In this document: positions 33,256 through 42,411 of the stretch, piece by piece
Layout: every line of letters begins with the position of its first letter
How positions within the stretch are numbered: the stretch's first letter is position 1
Origin: Oxalobacter sp.
GTDB taxonomy: Bacteria > Pseudomonadota > Gammaproteobacteria > Burkholderiales > Burkholderiaceae_D
DNA: 60,897 bases
Reading direction: 5' to 3'
NCBI GenBank assembly: GCA_031556215.1
Contig: JAVBTJ010000056.1
Location: 1 to 60,897, forward strand
Made by a program: the position numbers and the translations under genes
The notes under the pieces: model-generated
Seen by the model: the letters and a program-made list of their open reading frames with translations, nothing else
Database searches by the model: none
What the model was told of the DNA's origin: nothing

Positions 33256-33903
33256 ATGTCAAAGAAAAACATTAACGATCCGAACGAGCCGGATTTTGAC
33301 CTCGATAAATTCCTCAATGGTTCCGATGCACCCCCCAAACTGGACGACAAGCAGTTTGAAGCGCTGGAAATTTTCCTGGAGTCCCATCTCGGCGGCATGC
33401 ACATGGAAATCCTTGATGGATTTTTCTGCGGGCTGATATGCGGCCCGGATGCAACGGGGCCTGAAGAATTCATTCCCTATATCTTTGGCGGAAAAGAGCC
33501 GGAATACTCCTCGTCGGCACAGGCTGAAGAAATCGAAAGCAGCCTCCGGCAGCATTGGGATCACATCAAGGGCACGATGGAAAACAGCGATTCCTATTAC
33601 CCTTTCCTGTATTCAGACGACCAGTTCAAGGTCAGCGGCAACGATTGGGCGCTGGGCTTTGTGCTCGGGCTGGATAAGTACCGCGAAAGCTGGGATGTGC
33701 TGCTGGATCAGGCGAGAACGGGAGAAACCCTGCTGACGCCTATCCTGACGCTTTATCTGGAAAAATCCCAGGAAAATACGGACGGGCAGATTCATGCAGA
33801 AGACAGGGAAGAAATCGTTACAACGCTGGTTACCAATCTCCCCCTGATCTACCATCATTTTGATGACGCGCGGGATCAGCGAAACCCGGGCGCATTGCAC
33901 TGA
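33256..33903 (+). CDS. YecA/UPF0149-family protein without a C-terminal SEC-C motif
   Basis: 'MEILDGFFCGLICGP' and 'WALGFVLG' patterns of UPF0149/YecA. Confidence 0.8.
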   Translation: MSKKNINDPNEPDFDLDKFLNGSDAPPKLDDKQFEALEIFLESHLGGMHMEILDGFFCGLICGPDATGPEEFIPYIFGGKEPEYSSSAQAEEIESSLRQHWDHIKGTMENSDSYYPFLYSDDQFKVSGNDWALGFVLGLDKYRESWDVLLDQARTGETLLTPILTLYLEKSQENTDGQIHAEDREEIVTTLVTNLPLIYHHFDDARDQRNPGALH

Positions 33904-33907
33904 CCTG

Positions 33908-33948
33908 AAAAAAAGATGCCGGGCACTTCAATTACCCGGCATCTTTTT
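33908..33948. terminator. Bidirectional intrinsic terminator
   Basis: AAAAAGATGCCGGG...CCCGGCATCTTTTT. Confidence 0.85.
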
Positions 33949-33967
33949 ATTTCCGCCGCATTGCACG

Positions 33968-34597
33968 TCAATTTTTTGTGCTTGAAGAATCCATAAGGGC
34001 AACCGCTTTTTTCTGCTCTTCGGTGACTGTCCACATAAAAACGCCCCGGTTGCCGACCGGTGCATATTTTTCCGCAGGCAACTCAGGCCCCATGTCGTTG
34101 TCGTGCGACACGACCCGCGAACCGACTTTGAGCTGTTTCCAGATATAGGGGCGCAGCTTGATGTTGAGTTCTGCCGGAAGATACAGCATCACAACAGTTG
34201 CGTCGGAAAAATCAATTTCAAAGAAATTGCCTATCTCGAACCGGATCAGATTTTCCACGCCCGCGGCTTTGGCATTGACAATGGCCTCGGTAATCCGCTT
34301 CGGGTTCAGGTCAACGCAAACGCCTTTCGCGCCGCGCGCTTTCGCCGCCGCAATGACGATTCGCCCATCGCCACACCCCAGGTCATAGACCAGGTCTTCC
34401 TTGTTGACACCCGCAATCTCAACCATTTCCCGAACCACTTCGGGATAGGTCGAAATAAAGCCGGCGTCCAACTTTGGCCCCATCACTTCTTCCAGGCCGA
34501 ATTGCGCCTTTGCCGAAAAGACAACGACAACGCATACCGCCAGCGATGCCGCAAAAAAAGCCGCCAGGAAAAGCCAGGGCCGCCGCGCAAAATTCAT
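33968..34597 (-). CDS. Class I SAM-dependent methyltransferase with an N-terminal signal/anchor sequence
   Basis: Motif I YDLGCGDGRI, then VDLN, 'DATVVMLYL' and 'GSRVVSH'; the N-terminus has a basic n-region, a hydrophobic core and AKA. Confidence 0.88.
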   Translation of the reverse strand: MNFARRPWLFLAAFFAASLAVCVVVVFSAKAQFGLEEVMGPKLDAGFISTYPEVVREMVEIAGVNKEDLVYDLGCGDGRIVIAAAKARGAKGVCVDLNPKRITEAIVNAKAAGVENLIRFEIGNFFEIDFSDATVVMLYLPAELNIKLRPYIWKQLKVGSRVVSHDNDMGPELPAEKYAPVGNRGVFMWTVTEEQKKAVALMDSSSTKN

Positions 34598-34611
34598 AAA
34601 AACGCCTCCAA

Positions 34612-36081
34612 TCAGTTTTTCTCTCTACCAGCGCTGGCAAAGTGTACCAGCATGAGGAGAAGAACGCCAATGACCAGCACGCCAACACCAATCCAGGCGG
34701 CATTGATCCCGCCAAGCGACTGGTCATAAACAAAGGAAAGGCTCGACCACAGCATATAGGCGCAGGTCGCGCAGAAAAGAAACGGCAGCAGTGGATACAG
34801 CGGCACCTTGAATGGCCGCTCGGTTCGGGGTTCGCGCTTTCGCAGGACAAAAAGGGATATCCCTGTCAGCAGGAAAAAGAGCCAGAAAACCGGCGCGGTG
34901 AATTCAACCATGGATTTGAATCCGCCGCCGATCCACGCCCCCATGAGAACCAGAAAGAGTGATGCCACACACTGTACCCATATTGCATTGGCGGGGGTGT
35001 CGCGCGCGGTATCCCATACCCCCAGCCGCCCCAGCAGCGGCCAGTCGCGCCCCATCGCGTAGCTGGTACGGGCGCCAACGATCATGGTGCCGTTAATGGA
35101 TGTCAGGACGGAAACGGCAACGGCGAGGGAAATGGCTTTTTCGACTACCGGGCCAAAAACCAGGCGCATCATGTCTGCCGCAATCGCCTGTGAACCCATC
35201 ATCCCTTTTAACCCCAGCCCTTTCCAGTATGCCCAGGTCACCAGGAAATAGAGCAGGGTAATGATAAAAATGGACAATGTCAGCGCCTTGACCATGCTGT
35301 GACGCCCGCCCCGGATTTCCGCGCTGATATAGGCCGCCTCGTTCCAGCCGCCATAGGTCAGCAGCACAAAGACCATTGCCATGCCAAATGCGCCCGCTGC
35401 CGGAAGATGGGTGAAAAAACTGTCAGGGGGAACCGCCGTGACGGCGGCAGGGTTTTCTCCTGTCTTTATCAGGAAAACGGCTGTCCCGACAATCAACAGC
35501 AAACTGAGCGCCTGCAAAACAGTCAGCAGCATCTGGGTCATCATGCCCGAACGGACGTTCAAGCGGTTTATCCAGGAAAGCACCAGGATCACCAAAACGG
35601 CATAAAGCAGCGGGCCTGACCCGGCTCCCGCCAGATCCAGCGGCAGGACATGGTTCATGTAATCGCCAAAGACAAAGGAAAGCAGGGCGATGGAACCGGT
35701 TGTGATGACCGAGACGCGCGCCCAGCCAAACAAAAATGCAACCGAGCGGCCAAAGGCGCGATGCAGGAAATGGTAATCGCCTCCGGCATGGGGGTAGGCT
35801 GTTGCCAGTTCCGCATAACAAAGCGCGCCGATCAGTGAAACCAGCCCGCCGAAAACCCAGGCGCCAAACATCCACCCGGCATCCCCTGTCATGCCAGCGA
35901 CAATGGCAGGGGTCTTGAAGATACCGGCCCCGATGACGATGCCGACGATCAGCGATACGGCCTCGCGAAGGCCGAGAACGCGCCGGGGCGATCCCTCCGC
36001 CGTTTCCGGTGTTGTCTTGTCATGGATGTCGGGCGCAGGCATACGCGGCGGGTTCGCACTTTGTTTTTGAAAGAGAGTCAT
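34612..36081 (-). CDS. APC-superfamily amino acid permease
   Basis: VIGAGIF, GALCYAEL, AGGDY, YGGWN and RPFKVPLYP; about 12 TMs. Start placed at ATG 36081 behind GGGGA; the longer ORF runs antisense into the next gene. Confidence 0.92.
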   Translation of the reverse strand: MTLFQKQSANPPRMPAPDIHDKTTPETAEGSPRRVLGLREAVSLIVGIVIGAGIFKTPAIVAGMTGDAGWMFGAWVFGGLVSLIGALCYAELATAYPHAGGDYHFLHRAFGRSVAFLFGWARVSVITTGSIALLSFVFGDYMNHVLPLDLAGAGSGPLLYAVLVILVLSWINRLNVRSGMMTQMLLTVLQALSLLLIVGTAVFLIKTGENPAAVTAVPPDSFFTHLPAAGAFGMAMVFVLLTYGGWNEAAYISAEIRGGRHSMVKALTLSIFIITLLYFLVTWAYWKGLGLKGMMGSQAIAADMMRLVFGPVVEKAISLAVAVSVLTSINGTMIVGARTSYAMGRDWPLLGRLGVWDTARDTPANAIWVQCVASLFLVLMGAWIGGGFKSMVEFTAPVFWLFFLLTGISLFVLRKREPRTERPFKVPLYPLLPFLFCATCAYMLWSSLSFVYDQSLGGINAAWIGVGVLVIGVLLLMLVHFASAGREKN

Positions 36082-36180
36082 TGTATAACAATCCCCCCTG
36101 TATTTATCCCTGAAACAGGCCGGAAAGCATCTGCCGGTATAATGGAACGTTGCAAACCTTATTCGCCGGGAGGAAAAAAC

Positions 36181-37029
36181 ATGGCAAAAAACACGCTTAA
36201 AATCACGATTCTGGTCGATAACGAGGCGCAGGAAGGGCTGGAAAAAGAGCACGGGTTTGCGGCCTGGATTGAAGCGGGCGACAGGCGCATCCTTTTTGAT
36301 ACGGGTCACGAAGGCGCGTTGCAGGCGAATGTCGAGCGACTTGGCATTGACCTCTCCACAGCCGATACCCTGGTTATCAGTCACGGACACAAAGACCATA
36401 CGGGCACGCTGGATCGTTTTCTGGCGATCAACGACCATGCCGAACTGTACTTTGCCAACCAGATTGATGCCAAACGCTTCTGGTATACCCCGGACCCTGC
36501 CGAGTACGGCATGCCCCCGGCCAGCAAAAAGGCCTTTGATGCCCTGCCCGCCAGCCGCGTCCATTCGCTGGCTGCGCCGACTTACCTTGCCCCCGGCATC
36601 GGCATTACCGGCCCCGTGGCAAGGCTGTCGTCATTTGAAAATACCGGCGGCACTTTTTATTTTGATCCTGACCGGGGCGACGTTGACCCGATTGACGATG
36701 ACCAGTCCATGTGGTTTGAAACCAATGACGGCCTGGTTGTCCTGCTGGGCTGCTGCCATTCCGGGCTTTCCAATACCATCGACTTTATCCGCAAGGCTTC
36801 CGGGATTGACAAGGTTTGCGGCGTCATGGGCGGGATGCATTTGCTCCAGGCCAATGAAGAGCGACTGGAAAAAACCTTTGATGTCATGCGGAACTGGCAT
36901 GCCAGATTCCTGATCCCATGCCACTGCACCGGGATGGAATCGGCAAAAAAAATGCGGGCCGCGATTGGCAGCGATGTGGTTCACCACGGCTGCGCCGGAC
37001 TGGTGGTTGACGCCGGACGCCTCCGCTGA
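36181..37029 (+). CDS. MBL-fold metallo-hydrolase
   Basis: ITILVDN, EHGF, LFDTG, SHGHKDH, GCCHSG, GGMHL and PCHCTG; ATG 36181 behind GGAGG. Confidence 0.92.
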   Translation: MAKNTLKITILVDNEAQEGLEKEHGFAAWIEAGDRRILFDTGHEGALQANVERLGIDLSTADTLVISHGHKDHTGTLDRFLAINDHAELYFANQIDAKRFWYTPDPAEYGMPPASKKAFDALPASRVHSLAAPTYLAPGIGITGPVARLSSFENTGGTFYFDPDRGDVDPIDDDQSMWFETNDGLVVLLGCCHSGLSNTIDFIRKASGIDKVCGVMGGMHLLQANEERLEKTFDVMRNWHARFLIPCHCTGMESAKKMRAAIGSDVVHHGCAGLVVDAGRLR

Positions 37030-37227
37030 AAACAGGAAAGGGGCATTTCCCCTGCATCTATCCCCGCGCCATTTTATTTGTAAATGTAAAAAAACGCTCT
37101 TTTTTAAAAGAACGTTGGCGCAAAACAAAACGAGCGTTTACCATAATAAAAACAGGGGAATTTTTTCCGATATCCCGACTTTTTTCCAAATGGGCCGAGT
37201 TAACTGAAAACAAAAAACTGAAAAAGC

Positions 37228-40086
37228 ATGGAAACGCCGATAGAAAAAAGCCCGATCGAAATCCTGAGCGGTCTGGCAAACCTTCTGGCAAAGGAATCTG
37301 ACCAAAGCAAGAGCATCCGCCAACTAGTGCGTTATGTGAAGGATGTTCTGGATGCAGAAAAGGCTTGTGCCGTTGTGTTTTCCGAACAGGATACTGTCCA
37401 GGTTTTCTGTGACCAGTGTGTGTTATGCGCCGAATGCGGCGATACGCAATCTATTATTGCGTTTGCAAAACGCATGACGGGCATTACGACAGTCCCCCTT
37501 ATCGGAGATGCGCTTCTCTCCCTCCTGACGGAATCTGAAAAAAACCGCCTCAACCTGCGCGACCCGATTTTTTTCCCCATTGCCTTTGGCGACCAACTCC
37601 TGGGAGCCATGTGGTACGACATCTACAGCGGCGAGCAAACCACTGTCAGAAAAAAAGACCTGTTGGACAGCATGTACCCCTTCATCAGCCTGGTCTTTCG
37701 CAATGCGTATTTCTACGAGTCGCAACGTATCCTGGAACAAACGCTGACGCGTATCCTGGATAATCTCGATGCCAATATCTATGTTTCCGACCTGCACAAC
37801 GACGATATCCTTTTCATCAACAAAAAAATGATCGAGGAATTCGGCCTCAAAAAGGATATCCGGGGAGAAAAATGCTGGAAAGTCCTTCAGGAAGGCATGA
37901 CGGAACGCTGCGATTTCTGCCCGTCATACCGGCTGGTTGAAGACCCATCCCAAGCGATTGTCTGGGAAGAGCACAATACGGCAACAAGGAAATATTATAA
38001 AAACACGGATAGCGTAATCCAGTGGGTCGATGGCCGCCTGGTTCATTTGCAGCACTCGGTCGATATCACACCTGAAAAAGCGGTCATGCGGCACATGGAA
38101 GAAGCCCGTTCGCTCGCCGAACTGGCCAGCCAGGCCAAAGGAGACTTCCTTTCGCGCATGAGCCATGAAATCAGGACGCCGATCAATGCGATTATCGGCA
38201 TGTCAAGAATTGCCGCCGGATCAGCCGATATTTCAAAAAACCATGACTGCATCCGGAAGATCGACTCTTCCTCCAAGCAACTCCTGGCTATCGTCAATGA
38301 CATCCTGGATATCTCCAAAATCGAGGCAAACAAAATGGAACTGGTTTATGAACCGTTCGATTTTGAACAGATGCTGATTGATGTCTCGAATGTCATTTCA
38401 ATCCGCTCGGAAGAAAAACGGCAAAAGCTGCATATCCATATGGACATGTCCATGCCCAAATTCTTCCGGGGCGATGAAATGCGTCTTTCCCAGGTCATCA
38501 CAAACCTGCTTTCAAACGCAGTCAAATTCACGCCGCCCGCAGGCTCTGTCACGATGGGCGTGCGGGAAATCGCCTCCAACAATAATAAATCCATAATCGA
38601 AGTCCGCATTTCAGATACGGGCATCGGTATCCCGAAAGCGCGGCAAGGGCAATTGTTCCGGTCATTTGAGCAGGCGGACGGCGGCATCGCCAGGAAATTC
38701 GGCGGCACCGGCCTGGGACTGTCCATTGCAAAAAGCATCGTGGAAATGATGAACGGGGATATTTCGCTGGAAAGCGAAACCGATACGGGCAGCATTTTCA
38801 CCTTCACGGTTGAACTGGAACATACCGAACCGCCGGAAACGGCCACAACCGCCAATCTTTTTAAGGAAGTGGATGTTTCTTCCTTGCGCGTCCTGCTTGT
38901 AGACGAAGACGCCGAAACGAGGGACTATTTCGGCAAAATCATGGACAGCTTCAACATGCCGTTCAAAACGACCGCAACATTTGAAGACGCTTTCCGGATG
39001 CTGTCGGAAGCCAAACAGATGGGCGAAAGCTTCAATATCATTTTCCTTGACTGGGCCACACCATCGGATAACACAGCCAGCAAGGTCTGCCTCGAAATCA
39101 AAAAACAGTTCGGCTCCAGCATCATCGTACTGGTTTCTTTTTCGCAATGGAGCGACGTCAGGCCACTCGCCGAACATTACGGCATCACGAAATACCTTGC
39201 CAAGCCGCTCTTTCCATCTACCATCCTGAATGTCATCCACGAACTGGTCGGCCTGCCTGCCAGCAAATCGGATATGGCGCAAACCAACCGCTACCGTTTT
39301 TCGGGGTATCACCTTCTTATGGCGGAAGACGTGGAAATCAACCGGGAAATCGTCTGCCAGGCGCTGGAAGATTCAAAGATCAGGATTTCCAGCGCCCCGA
39401 ACGGCCTGGTTGCGCTCACCATGTTCATGGATAACCCGACGGCCTACGATATCATCCTGATGGACGTCAATATGCCGGAAATGGACGGTTACGAGGCAAC
39501 CCGCCGTATCCGCGCGCTGCCAAACGAATGGGCAAAGCAGGTGCCCATCCTTGCCATGACGGCCAACGCTTTTAAGGAAGATGTGAGAAAAAGCCTGGAA
39601 AACGGCATGAACGACCATATCTCCAAACCGCTGAACTTCAATACGCTTTTCTCCAAGCTGCACCACTATCTCAGCCAGCATCCACGAAGCCCGGAAAAGG
39701 AAAATCCCGAAACGCCAAGCCTGGAAAAACCCGCTTCGCCGGAGACCTGGAATACCCGTGGCCTGGTGAATGTGGAAGAAGCGCTTGCCCGCCTCAACGG
39801 CAATGCCAATGTCTACAAAACCCTTCTTTCCAGTTTTCTCAGGCATTCCGGCTTTGACGAACTGACGCAGGCCATTAACGCAGCGGATACCGATGCCGCC
39901 CAGAAAGCCACTCATGCACTCAAAGGCGTCAGCGGCAATCTGTCGCTGGTTTCGCTGTACAAGGATATTGTCGCGCTGGAGGATAAGCTGAAAATCGGCA
40001 GGCTGGACATGGCGCTTTACCAGGCCTGCCTCGATAATTTTGAAAAAACCCGGCATGTTATCCATGCCTTGCTGGAAAAAATGTAA
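37228..40086 (+). CDS. Cytoplasmic hybrid sensor kinase (GAF-like, PAS, HisKA, HATPase, REC, REC, HPt)
   Basis: FLSRMSHEIRTP, NLLSNAVKFT, DTGIGI and GGTGLGL; receivers IIFLDW and ILMDVNMPEMDG; HPt HALKGVSGNL; no TM helix seen. Confidence 0.95.
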   Translation: METPIEKSPIEILSGLANLLAKESDQSKSIRQLVRYVKDVLDAEKACAVVFSEQDTVQVFCDQCVLCAECGDTQSIIAFAKRMTGITTVPLIGDALLSLLTESEKNRLNLRDPIFFPIAFGDQLLGAMWYDIYSGEQTTVRKKDLLDSMYPFISLVFRNAYFYESQRILEQTLTRILDNLDANIYVSDLHNDDILFINKKMIEEFGLKKDIRGEKCWKVLQEGMTERCDFCPSYRLVEDPSQAIVWEEHNTATRKYYKNTDSVIQWVDGRLVHLQHSVDITPEKAVMRHMEEARSLAELASQAKGDFLSRMSHEIRTPINAIIGMSRIAAGSADISKNHDCIRKIDSSSKQLLAIVNDILDISKIEANKMELVYEPFDFEQMLIDVSNVISIRSEEKRQKLHIHMDMSMPKFFRGDEMRLSQVITNLLSNAVKFTPPAGSVTMGVREIASNNNKSIIEVRISDTGIGIPKARQGQLFRSFEQADGGIARKFGGTGLGLSIAKSIVEMMNGDISLESETDTGSIFTFTVELEHTEPPETATTANLFKEVDVSSLRVLLVDEDAETRDYFGKIMDSFNMPFKTTATFEDAFRMLSEAKQMGESFNIIFLDWATPSDNTASKVCLEIKKQFGSSIIVLVSFSQWSDVRPLAEHYGITKYLAKPLFPSTILNVIHELVGLPASKSDMAQTNRYRFSGYHLLMAEDVEINREIVCQALEDSKIRISSAPNGLVALTMFMDNPTAYDIILMDVNMPEMDGYEATRRIRALPNEWAKQVPILAMTANAFKEDVRKSLENGMNDHISKPLNFNTLFSKLHHYLSQHPRSPEKENPETPSLEKPASPETWNTRGLVNVEEALARLNGNANVYKTLLSSFLRHSGFDELTQAINAADTDAAQKATHALKGVSGNLSLVSLYKDIVALEDKLKIGRLDMALYQACLDNFEKTRHVIHALLEKM

Positions 40087-41147
40087 TGCAAAACAGTATC
40101 CTTGTTGTAGATGATGTTGAAATCAACCGGATCATCCTCCGGGAAATGCTGATGGACGAATATGACGTTCTTGAAGCGGAAAACGGCCAGGAAGCGCTTG
40201 ATATTCTTTTCCATATCGGCACGCTGCCGCAGGCCGTGCTCCTTGACATCATGATGCCGGGCATGGACGGTTTTGAAGTGCTTTCCGCCATCAAATCCAA
40301 CCCCGCCACCGCGCAAATACCCGTCCTGTTCATTACAGCGGCAAACGCGGCCACCAACGAATCACGCGGCCTGAACGAAGGCGCGGTGGATTATATTGCC
40401 AAGCCCTTCAACCCGGATGTCGTCAAGGCTCGGCTCAACAGCCATGTGCAACTTGAAAAGTACCGGCAGAACCTCGAACTGCAGCTTGACCAGAAAATAT
40501 CTGAAATCCTCAATCTCCATGAAAAAACGCTTGAAACGATGGCATCGCTCATCGAGCACCGAAACCTGGAATCCGGTGAGCATATCCGCAGGACAAGCGA
40601 CCTGACGGCAATCCTGATCGAACAATTGCTGAAGCATTCGCCTTACGCAAAGGAACTGATTCGCCTGAATGGAAAAACCATCTCGAAAGCGGTTGCCTTG
40701 CACGATATCGGAAAAATCAGCATCCCGGATCGCATTCTGCTCAAGCCGTGCCCGCTGACCCCGGAAGAATTTGAGATTATCAAAACGCATTGCGTCATCG
40801 GCAGCGATGTCATCCACAGTATTATGGAAGGCGTCCCGGATGCGGCGGGTTATCTGGCGCGGGCAAAGGAAATCTGCCGCTCCCACCACGAAAGATGGGA
40901 TGGCAGCGGCTACCCGGACGGCCTCTCCGGAACGGATATTCCCCTGTCAGCGCGCATTATTTCCGTTGTGGATGTGTACGATGCCCTGGTCAACATCCGC
41001 GTCTACAAGTCGGCCATCCCGCACGACAACGCCGTCAACCTGATCCTGGAAGGCCGTGGTACGCAGTTTGATCCTGTTGTGGTGGATGCCTTCCACGCGG
41101 TTCATGAGCAATTTGCCCAGCTTGAAGACCACATCAGGAAGCGCTGA
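40086..41147 (+). CDS. Response regulator with HD-GYP domain (RpfG-like cyclic-di-GMP phosphodiesterase)
   Basis: REC (VVDD, LLDIMMP, KPF), HDIGK, HHERWDGSGYP and DVYDAL; its start overlaps the kinase stop (TAATG). Confidence 0.95.
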   Translation: MQNSILVVDDVEINRIILREMLMDEYDVLEAENGQEALDILFHIGTLPQAVLLDIMMPGMDGFEVLSAIKSNPATAQIPVLFITAANAATNESRGLNEGAVDYIAKPFNPDVVKARLNSHVQLEKYRQNLELQLDQKISEILNLHEKTLETMASLIEHRNLESGEHIRRTSDLTAILIEQLLKHSPYAKELIRLNGKTISKAVALHDIGKISIPDRILLKPCPLTPEEFEIIKTHCVIGSDVIHSIMEGVPDAAGYLARAKEICRSHHERWDGSGYPDGLSGTDIPLSARIISVVDVYDALVNIRVYKSAIPHDNAVNLILEGRGTQFDPVVVDAFHAVHEQFAQLEDHIRKR

Positions 41148-41350
41148 CCTCGGGAAATCCCGCTACGATACCGCCCGCCACTTTTTCGTTTTTTCGCCAA
41201 CCGGGGAAAGCGACGAACATGCGCGGCAAATCATGCTGGAGACGGGCGAACAGTTATCCGGCATTGCGATAACGCCTGTTTTTACCTGCCATCATCGCCG
41301 CCGCCGGAATATCATACGGCGGCGATTTTGTTTTCCTGAAGAACGAAAAC

Positions 41351-41380
41351 AAAAAAGGGCCAGCGCGAGGCTAGCCCTTT
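41351..41380 (-). terminator. Intrinsic terminator downstream of tRNA-Thr
   Basis: On the minus strand: AAAGGGCTAGC...GCTGGCCCTTTTTT. Confidence 0.75.
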
Positions 41381-41387
41381 GAAATGC

Positions 41388-41463
<76 letters not shown>

Positions 41464-41560
41464 GAAAGTGTGCATTGTAGCAAAAAAAGAAGCGGTTCTG
41501 CCATGGTTCGATGAATATGCACCTGTATAATGCCGCAGATCAAACTTTTCTGGATTAAAA

Positions 41561-42295
41561 ATGAACCTGTTGAAGACCAAAACCCCGTTTCTGGCCCTGT
41601 CAGCCTGCCTTTTGGGCATGCTTTTTTTCTCCGAAAACGCCTTTGCACAGGAAGACGTCATCAAAAAACGTTTCCAGGAACGCGTTGTCCAGGGTGAAAA
41701 AATCACTTCCGTGAAAAAAACGCCCTTTTCCGGCCTGTACGAAGTGCGGATCGGCAATAAAATCGTCTATACCGACAGCAAGGCACGCTATCTTGTGATT
41801 GGCCGCATCATCGATATCGAAACCCGCGAGGACTACACCCAGAACCGGATAGAGGAAATCAGCAAAATCCGTTTTTCCGATCTCCCGCTTGATCTGGCCA
41901 TCAAAAAGGTCAATGGCAAAGGGCAACGGGTTGTTGCTGTTTTCTCCGATCCCAATTGCGGCTACTGCAAGCGCCTGGAAAGCATGTTAAAGGATGTTGA
42001 CAACCTGACTGTCTATCTCTTCCCGCTGAATATCCTTTCGGACAAATCCCGTGTCATTTCCCGTAATGCCTGGTGCGCCTCTAACCGGGCAGCCGCCTGG
42101 AACGCCTGGATGATTGACGGAACCCCGCCACCGGAGGCCGGCAGCGACTGTGTTTATTCTGATGAAAAAATTCTCCAGTTGGCCCGCAAATACGATATTA
42201 CCGGCACACCGGTTATTTTCTTCAAAAACGGTTCCCGGATTGTCGGCATGCCTTCTGCCGAAGATTTCACTGACGCGCTTTCCGCGGCAAAGTAA
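41561..42295 (+). CDS. dsbC: Thiol:disulfide interchange protein DsbC
   Basis: Signal peptide (AFA), GLYEV dimerisation domain, FSDPNCGYCK and cis-Pro GTP. Confidence 0.9.
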   Translation: MNLLKTKTPFLALSACLLGMLFFSENAFAQEDVIKKRFQERVVQGEKITSVKKTPFSGLYEVRIGNKIVYTDSKARYLVIGRIIDIETREDYTQNRIEEISKIRFSDLPLDLAIKKVNGKGQRVVAVFSDPNCGYCKRLESMLKDVDNLTVYLFPLNILSDKSRVISRNAWCASNRAAAWNAWMIDGTPPPEAGSDCVYSDEKILQLARKYDITGTPVIFFKNGSRIVGMPSAEDFTDALSAAK

Positions 42296-42411
42296 TTTCC
42301 GCCAGGCTCGGGGAACCGGTCATGCCGGTTCCCCGAACGATTCAAGTATAATTTCCTGTTTCTCCTGCCAGAGTCCGGCAGGCATTTCCCATTCCAATGG
42401 AGCAAAGCAAC

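Noticed and set aside
36082-36564. 161-aa N-terminal extension of the APC permease ORF (and the upstream extension of the MBL ORF)
   Set aside because: The extensions overlap the divergent gene; better SD-ATG starts exist at 36081 and 36181.
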